Assembly (NCBI GenBank): GCA_965202585.1
Contig: OZ241827.1
Coordinates: 23,250,001 to 23,314,000 of the forward strand
Length of the DNA stretch: 64,000 nt
Reading direction: 5' to 3'
DNA from: Thalia democratica
Taxonomy: Eukaryota
A program made the position numbers and the translations under genes. This document shows positions 1 through 11,899 of the stretch, piece by piece. The notes below the pieces were generated by a model that saw nothing but the letters and a program-made list of their open reading frames with translations, made no database searches and was not told where the DNA came from. The number at the start of each line of letters is the position of its first letter. The first letter of the stretch is position 1.

Positions 1-491
1 TACTAAAAGTTGAATAAAATATTTGAATCCTATTGCAACTGGCAAGCAGTTTATACTTGTAAGTTCACTTTTATTTAGTTTTCAAAAATTATATATTTTG
101 GATAAAAAATAAGTACGAGTTTGTGCCGTGCGTTTCCACTACTATATGAATTCAGAAGGCTTAAAACACTTCAATAAAATAAATATCCATAGAATATTAA
201 TTTATAAAATGCTTGTAGACTAAAAAAATGATTACTTGAAAGACTCGTGTTATTCCTAGAATTTTTTCTTATTTTAATAAAAAAATACTCCTGCTTATTT
301 TGATAGCTTTCATTGACTTTTTTAATACTTGGAAAACTAACCGAGCCCAAAAGCTTATTTTCCAACTAGGCAAGTGTTCAGGTTAAAACAATGTTATAGC
401 CATACAAGTTACAAAATCATCAGTAGAAATATTTTTATTTACTTCATCATCTGCCATTAAAATTAATTATTTTCAAACTCAATTTGCACAG

Positions 492-3400
492 CCTACGTTT
501 TCACCTCCTGAAGAAAGAGAGGAAAGCGATTACGTCACTGATAACGCACCTCAAATGATGAGCTCGGGTGTACGAGCTGCCAGAAGTCCCCCACAAACAG
601 CTTCACCTAGCGACCTCGTGATCGATGAAGCAGCGAACGACTCGCCAGTCGCTGAAGCCGTAGAAACTTCAGAACCGCTTCCAAGCGGCGATGACGAGGA
701 CTCGAGCCGAAAGGTTGATTACAGGCAGAAGTACAAGGTGAAGAAGAATCCCGCTGGCAGGTTCAATCCGCCGAAAGTGAGTGCCGAAAACAAGATGATA
801 AAAAACGCTGAACGGCCGCCGCTGCTTGACGATACTGAGCCTGCTAAAAAGACTTGTGCCACCACAGATAGACATGGCACCCCGTATGAGCCCAATTTTA
901 ATCCCACACCATCTAACAACGAATTGAACCCTTGTATTCCCACAAATCCTCATAATTTAAGGAGCCCACAACCGCCCATTAATTCCCATCAAGCACGACC
1001 AACGTTTCATCAGCCCGTGTGTACTCCAAGACCTCCCGTGTTTGACAATCCATCGACTGCGCATCCCCACAAGCAGCCGGCACAGGAAGCATTTCCTTCG
1101 ATGGTTAGTGAATTAAAAAAACTTGAAGAGCCTCAGTTTTTTTCGGGAAGTTTTGAACCCGTCGGAGAAAGTTTTCCAACCGGTCAACATTCTCAAGCTC
1201 CTCGGGTTTTGGTTTGCTACAACAGCTTAAGTGATACGAGACGCCAGCCTTCAGATCGGTACGCAACAGAAATGAGAAGACTGAATCATCCAAACAGAGG
1301 CGTTTTGGTAAGACCGCCTTTGAAGCGTCCTCCAGTTACAATTGATCGCCAGCCCGCCAAAGCTGCAACAGATTCGTTGGATATTGAATTTAAGTGCGAT
1401 GAAAAAATAGAACTGCCCGATATAAGCGAGAAACTACGTCGAAGGGAGCTGCTCACCAGGGCAGAAGAAGACCACGTGAAAAACAACCAGGAGTTTTTCA
1501 ACAACGTGAAAAGAATCAAAACCGAGTTCAACTTTAAAGTTGTGAGTAACTTTTTCAGTATTTTTTTTTTAGCTGCTAATCTAAAGTTTGTTTTAATTAC
1601 TTTGTTAATTTTTTGCTTAAATTTTTGCGGACGATTTCTACATTAAAAACAGATCAGCAATGTTGACCTACTTATTGTACTTAACGTATGCTTCAATTAA
1701 CTTTACAGATCGACGCCAAAACTATAAGGACTTATGAGAAGGAATGCAGGGAGAAGGGAGCCAATGCAAACCCATACAGCGCTCGCGGAATCCACATTGG
1801 AGAAGAAACTGGCGGGATCACCAACAAGCAGTTCAGGCAAGCAGTTGAATACGGAAGCTGGGAAACAGTTCGAAGAGCTCTCAAATCTCCAGCAATGATC
1901 AACATTGAACATGAAGTGAGGCATTTGAGTTTTTTAGTTTCATTTTTTCAAGATATATTTTTACTGCACATTTTTTGTTAGATTAAAAAAAAAAAGAATT
2001 GTTTATGAAGGGTTGTAATTATAGAATTTTTCTTTCAAGTTGTTATTATTTTTTTAAGTGTTTCATCTTGGTTACTTGATACTGTTTTAGGCTTAGTAAT
2101 ACTTTTCCAGATGTAAAGTGTTAAAGTTAATTATGTTTAGTAATTAATGTTTTTATTGCATATATAAATTTCTAAAATAAGATAATAGTTATAACAAAAG
2201 TATATTTTCTAAATAATATAAGTAAATTTTAAATTTGAATATTATTTTTTGTAAATAAAAGCTTTTTTAAAGTTGAAATTTATTTTACAATAACTAATAT
2301 TTTTTTAAAAGTTTTTGTCAAACATTTTGTTATTGAAATTTAAAAATGTTATAATTAATTCTATATTAATTCAAAAACTTTTAAACTATCAAAATTAAAT
2401 GAAGGTTTATGTTTGTAAATTTAAAAAAACCTAAGTATGAGTCGTCCAAGACTTATATAATTCGAAATAAAGATTCCCAAACTGGGCCAAGTTGTCTCCT
2501 TTCGGACCATTAGAGAAATTGAGTGGGCTATAAGCAGCAAAGGGACCAAAGGGTGGGCCATGAGATCATAATTAGAAACTTACACTAGGTGTTATGGTGT
2601 TGATGATGAAGAGCAAATAAAAAATGTCTTGGGAATTTTTAATAGTAGTTTTTGAAAAATCTTTTTGAAGGGGCCATAGCCTTTTTAATTTCTTTAAAGG
2701 GGGCCTTATGAAAAAAGTTAGGGAAACCCTGTTCTAAACTGATTTTATTTTCATTGAATAAAGTTTCTAGGTTTCGCTTATTAAAAAAATTCGGGTGCAC
2801 GACTATTCAAATTCGGACAATTCAAACTCCGACAATTCAAATTCTTTAAAAAAAATTGAAACAGCCACAAATAAAAAATTAATGTATATTTGTCAAATAT
2901 AAAAAATACATATGTAGGTCATATTAATATCTACAAGCCATTTTATTCTTTTTGCAAAACACTAAATACTTTTTGAGATATGGCTTGAATAAAGTAAAAA
3001 ACATAGTTATTTTTTGTAATTTTAAAATATCTTGAAAAGTATTTTAGATTTTGAAAGAAAGAAAAAAGTGGCTTGTAGGTATTTATAATATCTACATATG
3101 TACTTTTTATTTTTTAAAATTTATATTACTTATTGAGATATAGTATTTTAAATATATATTTTTAAGAATTTGAATTGTCGGAATTTGAGTTGTCCGAATT
3201 TGAATTGTCATGTAACCAAAAAATTCAGTTATCAAAGTGTCTCTGTAACGAAATTAACATTTCATTTTAATATTTTCAAGCTCATTGAATAAATATAGAA
3301 TTTTTTGTAACAATAAAAGCTTTTCCAAAACAGTTTTCATTATTCTCAAAACGAGCTTTTCCAAATTTATTTAAAATTGGATGTTGTAAAATGTTTTACG

Positions 3401-6400
3401 CAGATTTCGTGACGTGCTTCCAGTATTGAAAAAACAAACATTTTTTATTGTTAGGAGTTACATTTGTTTCAGTGCTTATAAAACGGAATTTTAGTTGCAT
3501 TTACTCGCAGTTTCGGCAGTTATTAGAGTGCTTAAAGTTAAGATGCATTTTAAACACGTTAGATTTAAGAACTAATGTTTTCATGTGTGTTTAACTGTAG
3601 TTTTAGTTAGTGTGTCGTGTGATCGTTTTATATTTGTAAATAAACTTTTGTTGACTTTTAAGTATCTTAGATGTATTAATCTTATCTAACCATATTTATC
3701 CCCATTTAGTTACCCCTAACAATTTAGATTGGTTACATCTCAACTAATAATTTCAATATATTTAGTTAAATGTTAAAAGTCTTTGGCAATATTTTTTGGA
3801 AACTTAGCGACTTTCAGTGTTTATGCTTACATGCACAGTTTTATGAACATATAAATTATTTTATTACTAAAATATAATGTACATAAATTATTAATTTGAA
3901 AAACTTTTAAACTACTATAAACACAATTTTTACAATTTAGATAGTTTTTAAATTTTTGTTTCATAAAAGTTTTAATCATTTTTTTACAGGACGAACTAGG
4001 AATGACATCGGTCTGCAAAGCTGCACAAGCAAACTATTCATGCAAGCATTCGATTGTTCAGGTTTGTTTTATTAGTTTTATAACTATTTTAAAGTGGCCG
4101 AAATGACATTTTACTTGAATTTTGTCTTTTGTTATAACTAGTGATGTACCGGACCCACAATTTCGGGTCCGGCCGGACCCGGATCCGGACTTTTTTTTCA
4201 AATTAGAATCCGGCCGGAACCGGATCCGGACTTTTTTTTTAAATTAGAATCCGGCCGGAACCGGATCCGGACTTTTTTTTTCAAATTAGAGTCCGGCCGG
4301 AACCGGATCCGGACTTTTTTTTTAAATTAGAATCCGGCCGGATCCGGATATCAGACAAAAATGGCAATATCCGGCCGGACCCGGATAGTGAGTCCCGTAC
4401 ATCACTAGAATAAACTAGCCTGAGTCAGAACGAGTTTTTTTAAAACTGAAAAAAAAAGAACTGTAATCTAACAATAAGTAGAACAGCTAGCCACAAGGTT
4501 TACAAATTTAGGTGTTATTTACAATTAAAAATCTGAAATCAAGTTCTTGACAAAATACACTAGAAAATTACAATATATTGAAAACTGGATCAGCTCAAAC
4601 TCATTCAAAATCTAAAAGAAAACTAGCCTCAGTTTTTATAAAAAACTAAACTAGCCTGAGGCAGTCCAAGATTTTCTAAAATTCTTTAAAATTTTCAAAC
4701 TAGCAGGGTTGCCACTGTTTAAGTCAATAAATCTAGCTAAAGTGACTATAAACAAGCCTGACTCAGAATAAGTTTTTTAAAAACTGAAAAAATTGCTTTA
4801 ATCTAATAATCAGTAGAACAGCTAGCAAAGGTTGACAATTTGTTAGTAAATTTGTGGACTGATTGTGGTAAACTTAACTTATTAGTACTACCCATCATAA
4901 TTAAATCCTACCTTATTTAATTAATATCTAACAAATACTAAATTCTGACTGAGACTACTTTCTATAATCAGACACGACAGTTTTGAGTGATGAATATTTT
5001 ATATAAAGCACAACAAGAAATACTAGCATATACAAAATTATTAATTACTTTGGTAACACTTTAAAAACTGGAAGTTATTTAAATCTATATCAAAAGACTT
5101 AAAAAAAAAACTAAAAATTAAATAAAACTTTTAGTAAACAAGAAACAGTAAGATTTTTAATAAAATTTTAAACTATAAACCTGGCTTAAATATTTAAACA
5201 ATTAAACACCTGTTGAAATATTCACTTTTAAAACAAAACACTACCTACAATAAGCATTCACAAAAACGTTCAAGATATTTTGTTGCTTCAAGCTACACAC
5301 CAAACTAACTAACTGCTTATATATAAACTGCCTATCATGTTCTGATGTTTTGTTGCATCAGTATTTAGTTTGAAACATTTCGTCATATGACTCTCATTGG
5401 CTCGTACATTCAACCGTATTAACTCTAAATATTCTCTTAGCTCAACTTTAAACAATAAATAATGCAAATATTCATTCCAAAGTTTTCAATTTTACAACAT
5501 AAATAAAGAGTTGCATTTCATGAAATGTTTATTTCATAGTTTAAATGTAAACAAATGTAAATTAGTCAGGTGTACAAAATGAGCAAATCACGGTAGGTGT
5601 TTAATTTTAACAGACGAAAATGACTCTTATTAATTTACAAAGGGTTTGTTTTTGAAAAAATACTTTTCAGTATGCTCTTTTTTACTAACTAGATCCGGGT
5701 CCGGCCGGATCTCTGTTAGGATCCGGCCGGACCCGGATCCGGACTTTTTTTTCAAATTAAAATCCGGCCGGAACCGGACCCGGACTTTTTTTTCAAATTA
5801 GAATCCGGCCGGAACCGGATCCGGACTTTTTTTTCAAATTAGAATCCGGCCGGATCCGGATATCAGACAAAAATGGCAATATCCGGCCGGACCCGGACCC
5901 GGATAGTGAGTCCGGTACATCACTAGTTATAACCAGCTTGAACATATTCATAACCCTAAAAACACAATTTTTAAAAAACAAGACATAATTTTTAACTATT
6001 TTTATAAAATAAGAAAAACTGTCTAATTAGGTTTACTGTAAACTTAAACGTTTAAGATTCGAATAAGATTTAAATGTGTAATATTAATTTAATTGTTTAA
6101 AAAAAAGTGGTAATTAACACTGTTGGTAATATTTTAATTTAAATTGAATTAATTTAAACATTTAAATTAATTAAACAGCCTGTCGTTTAAAAATATTACT
6201 TTAATCAAAGATATTTATGTTGTATACCATATTATATGCAAGCATGCGATTGTTCAGGTTTGTTTTGTTAGTTTTATAACTATTTGGCTAAAAAGTCATG
6301 GAGTTTTTCATACTTTTATAAAATGTTAAAAAAAAAGGGATTTTTAAAATAATACAGAATGCGATTGAATTAACAAGTTTAAAATAGATTCTTAAGTTTT

Positions 6401-9400
6401 TACTTAAAAGAAAACTAACCGAAAAAAAAAACATCTGTAGTTTTAGAAGAAATTCAAAAATCCTGGAAAAAGTATTCTAAAACCAGTGTCCACCTTGAGA
6501 TGTAGTGATCAAGTTAAATGGAATATGTAGTCTAAAATTATATAAGTAGTATACTAAATAAAAAAGGAAACAAAAACCTCATGATCTACTTTACAACTGT
6601 ATTGTTCAATTACGTAACAATGCTTTTAAACTTTTATTAAACATGCTAAAGGTTTGACCTCACATGAGCCTTGTCAGTAAGACTCCAGTAAAACATGTAC
6701 CATCGAATTCTTGCTTTTTGCAGTTGCACGTCGTTATAACTACTATATGAATGGTTTTTAGTAAAAGTTCTATTCAAAGTTGCTAGGAGCTTTTGCCAAC
6801 CAGTGTTGTTACTTTTTTGCATAAAGGAGTATTTTATTTATTCACTCTTCATCTTTTTGCTTTCGTTTTATAGGCTGAAGACCAGCTTGTGATCTTACAG
6901 TTGCTTTGAAAATTGTCTGCTAAGTTTAATAAATTAGAGTATATAGAAGAATATAGTATTTTGTGCTACTAAGTTTTTAAATAAGGAAAAATTGTTTATA
7001 TGCACAGTAACTATTATTGTCTTATAAAGTTTGTATATACTTAAAATGGGTAGCTGTCCAATTTGCACGAGCGTACGAAATTTCACGAGGGGACAAAGTT
7101 GCACGAGTGCACACAATTGCACGAAGACACATTTGCACGAGCAGACAATTTTGCACGGAGACATTTTACCACGGGTTAAATTTTTATTTTTTGATTTCTG
7201 TACAAATTTAAATTTAATTATTTCTTTTTTATTTTATTTTTTTACTATCACTGTTACCCCTAACCCTTACCCTCGGTCGGTATCTTTTTTTTTTCTCTTT
7301 TTTTTTATAATAGTTTTTGTTAGTTATTTTTCATTTTTACTATCACTTTAAGCCCTAACCCTTACCCTCAGTCAGTAACTTTTTTTTTCTTTTTAGTTCT
7401 TTTTAGATTTTTTTTCTGTTATTTTTTATTTTTTTAATATTTTTTACTTTCATCAGGGTTACCACTCTACCTGGAAACCTGGAAAAACCTGGAATTTGAC
7501 TATTCAGGAGAAAAAAACCTGGAAAAACCTGGAATTTTAACAATTTTCACATGTTATGATGTAAAATTTCGATTTGACTCGAAAAATCTATCATATAAAT
7601 AAAAAAATTTTGTCATCATCAAAATTTTTTTTATTAAAAAAAATGTTTAAATTAGCTTTACAGTATCTTATTTATATTTTTATACTTTATACTAGATAAA
7701 GTTATGCTGTATTTGAAAATAGTAAATTTTTTAAATATGTTTTATTAACTTTTCTACTAACATAGAAGTTCTGTAAAAAAAAGCCTTTTTATTTAAAACC
7801 TCTGAGATTTAAACTATATGCTCATTCAACTGAAAACTAGACATTCGATTAAAGTTTGCTAAAATCAAATTCATTATAATATGTACCAAATCATATAATC
7901 ATTAAACAGATGCTGCTGCTTGCAGAAGCCAATCCGAACCACCGAAATAAAAAAGAAGAAACCCCGCTGATGATGGCAAGTCGATCTGGTTGTCAGATTA
8001 CTGTCTCACTTTTGATAAAATTTGGCGCCAAAATTAACTGTTTCTCCCTAAACAAAGAAAGTGCTCTAACAATGGTTAGATTCCTATAAATATTTTCCAG
8101 AGTTTAATATTTAATTGGTTTTAGTTTGAGAAAATATTTATTACACATTTTAATTGATTTATAAGTAAGGCATTTCAAATTTTGGTTAGCATATAATTGT
8201 CAATGGATATGAAGAACAGGCATTATGCTCAGCTGAAAGTTAGCAGATTAATAAAAAATGACGAGTAGGAACATTCTCAGACACTAGTAGGAAACAACTC
8301 GTGCAACAATTTTAACACAACATAATACAACAACTTAACCTCAGGCGATACAAGAAAACCACTTGAAAGTAGTGAAGACGCTGTTGAGAAACGGAGCGGT
8401 GTGCATCGACGACGAGGTGAGGAAGACGGTCAACAGGATGAGACGTGCGGCCCGCAACCCGACTGAGACGCTGAGGTGGTTCGACAGCTACGTTTCAAAG
8501 TTGGTTTCATGCGTTGTGGTGTTTATATGGTGGACGAGTAGCTTTGTTTTGAAAAGAATGTGTTTGTTTTTGTGTTTTCCGACTAAAGTTTTTATCGCTG
8601 TAAAACAGTATTTTTTCCAAGCTCAAGTTTAATTATTTTTTACAGTTCAGGTGAAAAATTTACATCTTTTTTGTAATTTGAAAATATCAAACTGTTGTTT
8701 TAAGTACAACCAATTTTTATTGTATACCCGCATATTTTAGGGCTAGAATATCCATCAATGAACAAGTAGAAAAAGGAGCTAAAACACTTTTGATTATGCT
8801 AGTTGAAGAACAACCTCTTTTGCTGTGTAAAAGCCTTACAGTTTTTCAAAATAGTTTGTGGACCTTTGATTTCCATTACGACCATAGCAAGATACCTGGT
8901 TTGTTTTACAACATTTGATATTTTTTAACAAATTAAAGAAAATTTTAAACAATTAATTTTTATTTATTTTTGTTTAATTTCCAAAAAACCACAACTTTAT
9001 TTATATTTATAAGCATTATTAAACTGATGTATAAACAAAACAATATCGTAGCTATAGTTTACCTTTAAAACTTTTTTCACTACAGAAAACGCACACCCTG
9101 TGTTGTTTTGCACTCATACTAAACACGAGAGACATAATGATGAATTGAAAGCGAGTTTGCAAGAAAAAAGTTACGTGTTTTCAGTTTGTGTGGATGGTAA
9201 AACACAGACTCCATTTTACCCAACACCTACCATTAACAGGCAGAACAGAGTAAGATTTTTGTTAAATTGTTGCCACAACTAAAATCTCGATGGTAGTTAA
9301 TTGTGATTAAATTTGTTACTGACATTTAAATTAGTGGTGTAATGATAAGTATATTTTCGTATTGTTTTTAAAGTTTGTGACACCTAAGAAATTTTATTTA

Positions 9401-11032
9401 GTTTAATATAATTAAATTAATTTTGTGTAAGTGTTTTGTAAAGTTTAGATCAATAAAGACTATTAGCTACACTGATTTTCTTTTTTAAAACTCCATACTT
9501 CTTACTAAGAGAAAAACTACATAGCGTTGTTGTAAAACGGAAGTGTTTTGAAAAATTTTTGTTTCAATTGTTTTCTATAAATAGTGCCTTAACATTTTTG
9601 AGCTTTTTTTTAGCAACAAAACAATTAAAAATTTTAATTAATATAAAAAATTGCGTTTTAAAATTAGTTTTATATTTGAAACTTGTATATTTTCTAATTT
9701 ATAAAAGTATATATTTAGATGAATAACTAACCATACATTTTTACTTTATTATTATATGGTGTTAATAAGTTTATGCAATAAAAAACAATTTCAGAATGTG
9801 TTTAATTGGGGAATAACTGGTCTACAAATACCACCTAATCCTCGAAACATGCACAAGTTGACTGTAATTTCCCAAGTAGTAAGTAAAGTGTACTTTGTTA
9901 ACTATTTAATATTATTAAAAAGAGTTTTAATTAAACTAGTAGCAATTTTTAGGCAATTTTAAAGATTCACTTACTTGAATTTAGAATTTTCTCTATAGTT
10001 AGTATCATTGTATTTATCTTTAAATATTAAAATAAAAAATAATTACTCGTAGTGACCATATCACATAAAAATGCTGTCTGCTGTTAAAATATAAGAAAAA
10101 GTATGTTCAAAAAGACTTTAAATTTTAGTTAATCAATAACGAGTGTGAAGTTAGCTTGGTAGCGTTTTTCAAGAATTTTTAAAAAATGTACAAACTTTAC
10201 ACCCAATTATTTTTCTTATCTTAATGGCTAAATAAAAACTTTTTTTTATTCTAGGGAACGGTTCTTTGTCTTTAATTTAAAAAAAGTCCATTGGATTGTG
10301 GTTTGACTTTTAGTGTGGGGCCCCTTAGAAAAAAATGAGTTTTGTTATCAATTTTTACTTAGCTCGAGTTAAAAAAAAAAGTTATATTATTATTATTTTT
10401 TTTTTATATTTATATGCGAATAAACGCCACACAGATTTTTTTTTCCAACTGTTAATATTCCGTTTTATTTAGCCTTATTCCGAAATTAGGATTTCTAGAA
10501 TAAGGTCAAATTGTACAAAATATTGACAGTTGGAATAAAAAAAAGTTGTTTAGCATTTATTCCCAAATAAGTATAAATATTTAAAAAAGAAAATAATTTT
10601 TTCTATATTTTTTAAATTAAATTCGAGCTTAATAAAAATTGATAACAAAACTCTTTTTTTTTTAAGGGGCCCACACTAAAAGTCAAACAACAATACAATG
10701 ATTTTTTTTTAATTAAAGACAAGGACTTTTCTCTAAAATGAAATAAAAAGTTTTTATTTAGCTATTAAGATAAGGAAAACAATTGGGTCTTAAGTTTGGA
10801 AATTTTTTAAAAATTCTTGAAAAACGTTACCAAGCTAACTTTACACTCGTAAATCTATAAGTGCATTTGTTTTTTTATTATAAGCTTTCATTTTAACAGT
10901 CGGAAACTTTTGAAATTTGAATTTACATAAAACTAAACTATGTACAAGCTAATTAAACTTTGTGTTTTTTTACAGAATAAGGAGTCATTAGTAAATGTGG
11001 TCATCCAAATAAGGCTCGTTGAATTGATTTAA
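492..11032 (+). CDS. MPHOSPH8: MPP8/MPHOSPH8-like protein (HUSH subunit homolog), 5'-incomplete: Pro-rich linker, ankyrin repeats, C-terminal beta-rich domain
   Basis: Nine exons with AG/GT borders and consistent phases: 492-1541, 1709-1915, 3990-4061, 7910-8074, 8345-8499, 8741-8898, 9086-9249, 9795-9878, 10976-11032 (TAA). The spliced protein ...ITNKQFRQAVEYGSWETVRRALKSPAMINIEHE|DELGMTSVCKAAQ...|MLLLAEANPNHRNKKEETPLMMASRSGCQITVSLLIKFGAKIN...ESALTM|AIQENHLKVVKTLLRNGA has ankyrin repeats. The C-terminus (PVLFCTH...VFSVCVDGKTQTPFY...VNVVIQIRLVELI*) parallels vertebrate MPP8 as I recall it (ELRDAVKNGDY...; ILLFIFH...VQAVVLNDKFQLPVF...VKLLIGAYRVQLQ*). A chromodomain, if present, lies upstream of the window. 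Confidence 0.78.
2469..2731. mobile_element. Non-autonomous hAT (Buster-like) MITE, degenerate left end
   Basis: Right end ...GGGAAACCCTG. Internally similar to the copy at 54449-54666. Flanks TTCGAAAT / TTCTAAAC are a 6/8 match to an 8-bp TSD. Confidence 0.55.
2793..3217. mobile_element. MULE-like MITE with 9-bp TSD
   Basis: Inverted ends GGGTGCACGACTATTCAAATTCGGACAA and (rc) GGTTACATGACAATTCAAATTCGGACAA. Perfect 9-bp flanking duplication AAAAAATTC (2784-2792, 3218-3226). A partial copy ends at 30532. Confidence 0.75.
4139..5925. mobile_element. Composite hAT-type non-autonomous element with an internal second right end and about 1.3 kb of cargo
   Basis: Perfect 16-bp TIR TAGTGATGTACCGGAC. 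Perfect 8-bp TSD GTTATAAC (4131-4138, 5926-5933). Two arrays of ~40-bp CCGGCCGGAACCGGATCCGGACTTTT repeats (4160-4400, 5690-5910). Internal right end at 4407. Confidence 0.85.
7048..7440. mobile_element. Truncated copy of the GGGTAGCTGTC/TTGCAC MULE-like family
   Basis: Same left terminus and TTGCAC subterminal repeats as 34930-35593 and 63167-63762. Right end not found. Confidence 0.65.
7454..7690. mobile_element. Truncated CAGGGTTGCCA-family MITE
   Basis: CAGGGTTACCAC terminus and ACCTGGAAAAACCTGGAATTT repeats, as at 33753 and 54939. Confidence 0.6.
10140..10849. mobile_element. Foldback MITE with long TIRs, possibly Tc1/mariner-type, in an MPP8 intron
   Basis: Ends CGAGTGTGAAGTTAGCTTGGTAGCG / (rc) CGAGTGTAAAGTTAGCTTGGTAACG. 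Inverted homology extends about 300 bp on each side. Flanked by AA (left) and TA (right). Confidence 0.65.
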
Positions 11033-11899
11033 AAAACTTCAGAACATTTCCTTTGCTCGAAGCTCATTTAGTCTTAATGAACTACTTTCCTCAATTGTGA
11101 AATTTTTTAAGTCGTATCACTTTTATATGATTAAAAAATTATAATAGATTTTGCAGTTATTTTATACTAATTGCACACAATTTTTTTATAATAGAAATGA
11201 TGTTCGTTTTTTTGTTTGAATTTAAATTATTTTTGTTGTTGAAGTTGTAAACTGCTTGATTTATATAAGTTTTAAGTGTAATAAAGTTCTTGAAACTTCT
11301 TGTTTGACTACATTGCATTCTTTTATCGTCGACTTGAATAAATCGTTTATACGTGAGCAAAAGTCTTTTTTTTTGTTTAGAATAACTCCAAGTTTTCAGT
11401 ATTATTAGCGTAAAAAAGTTTAAGTATAAGGTAGTAATAAATTTTTTTAAATTATATACCTTTAACTGTTTTTAGATATTTTTATACTTTTTAAAATAAC
11501 TTAAATGTAAAAAGGGACATAAAAATACTTATTGCGATTAAAATAATCAAAAAAAGTTAATTATATATGACGTTTCTCTTGGTTTAATTTTGAAAATTAC
11601 ACTAGTTAGATATTTACACAAAAAGTATTCTTAATAAAATATAAGAGAAGTTTAAAATTAAACATTAATATTTTTTAATCCAGATCAACAGTGATATGTT
11701 TAAAAACAACTTGATAATTTACTTGAATTGAAAGTAAGCTTTTTATTTTAACTTGCTAAACAATCATGAAAAAATTAATCATTACCTAGGGTAATAAATT
11801 TTATATAGACTTATTTTTCTTGTATGAAATTACTGAATGGTAATTTTTGACACATTTGAAGTTTTGTATTTCTACATACTAAAATTATTGACTTCCTAA

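Noticed and set aside
669-1531. Minus-strand ORFs inside the first MPP8 exon
   Set aside because: Antisense shadows; the plus frame splices in phase into the ankyrin exons.
5793-5981. ORF with SGSGSG repeats
   Set aside because: Translation of the hAT CCGGAT subterminal array.
6868-6903. Possible extra MPP8 exon reading AEDQLVILQLL*
   Set aside because: In-frame stop, weak donor, and the flanking exons already join into complete ankyrin repeats.
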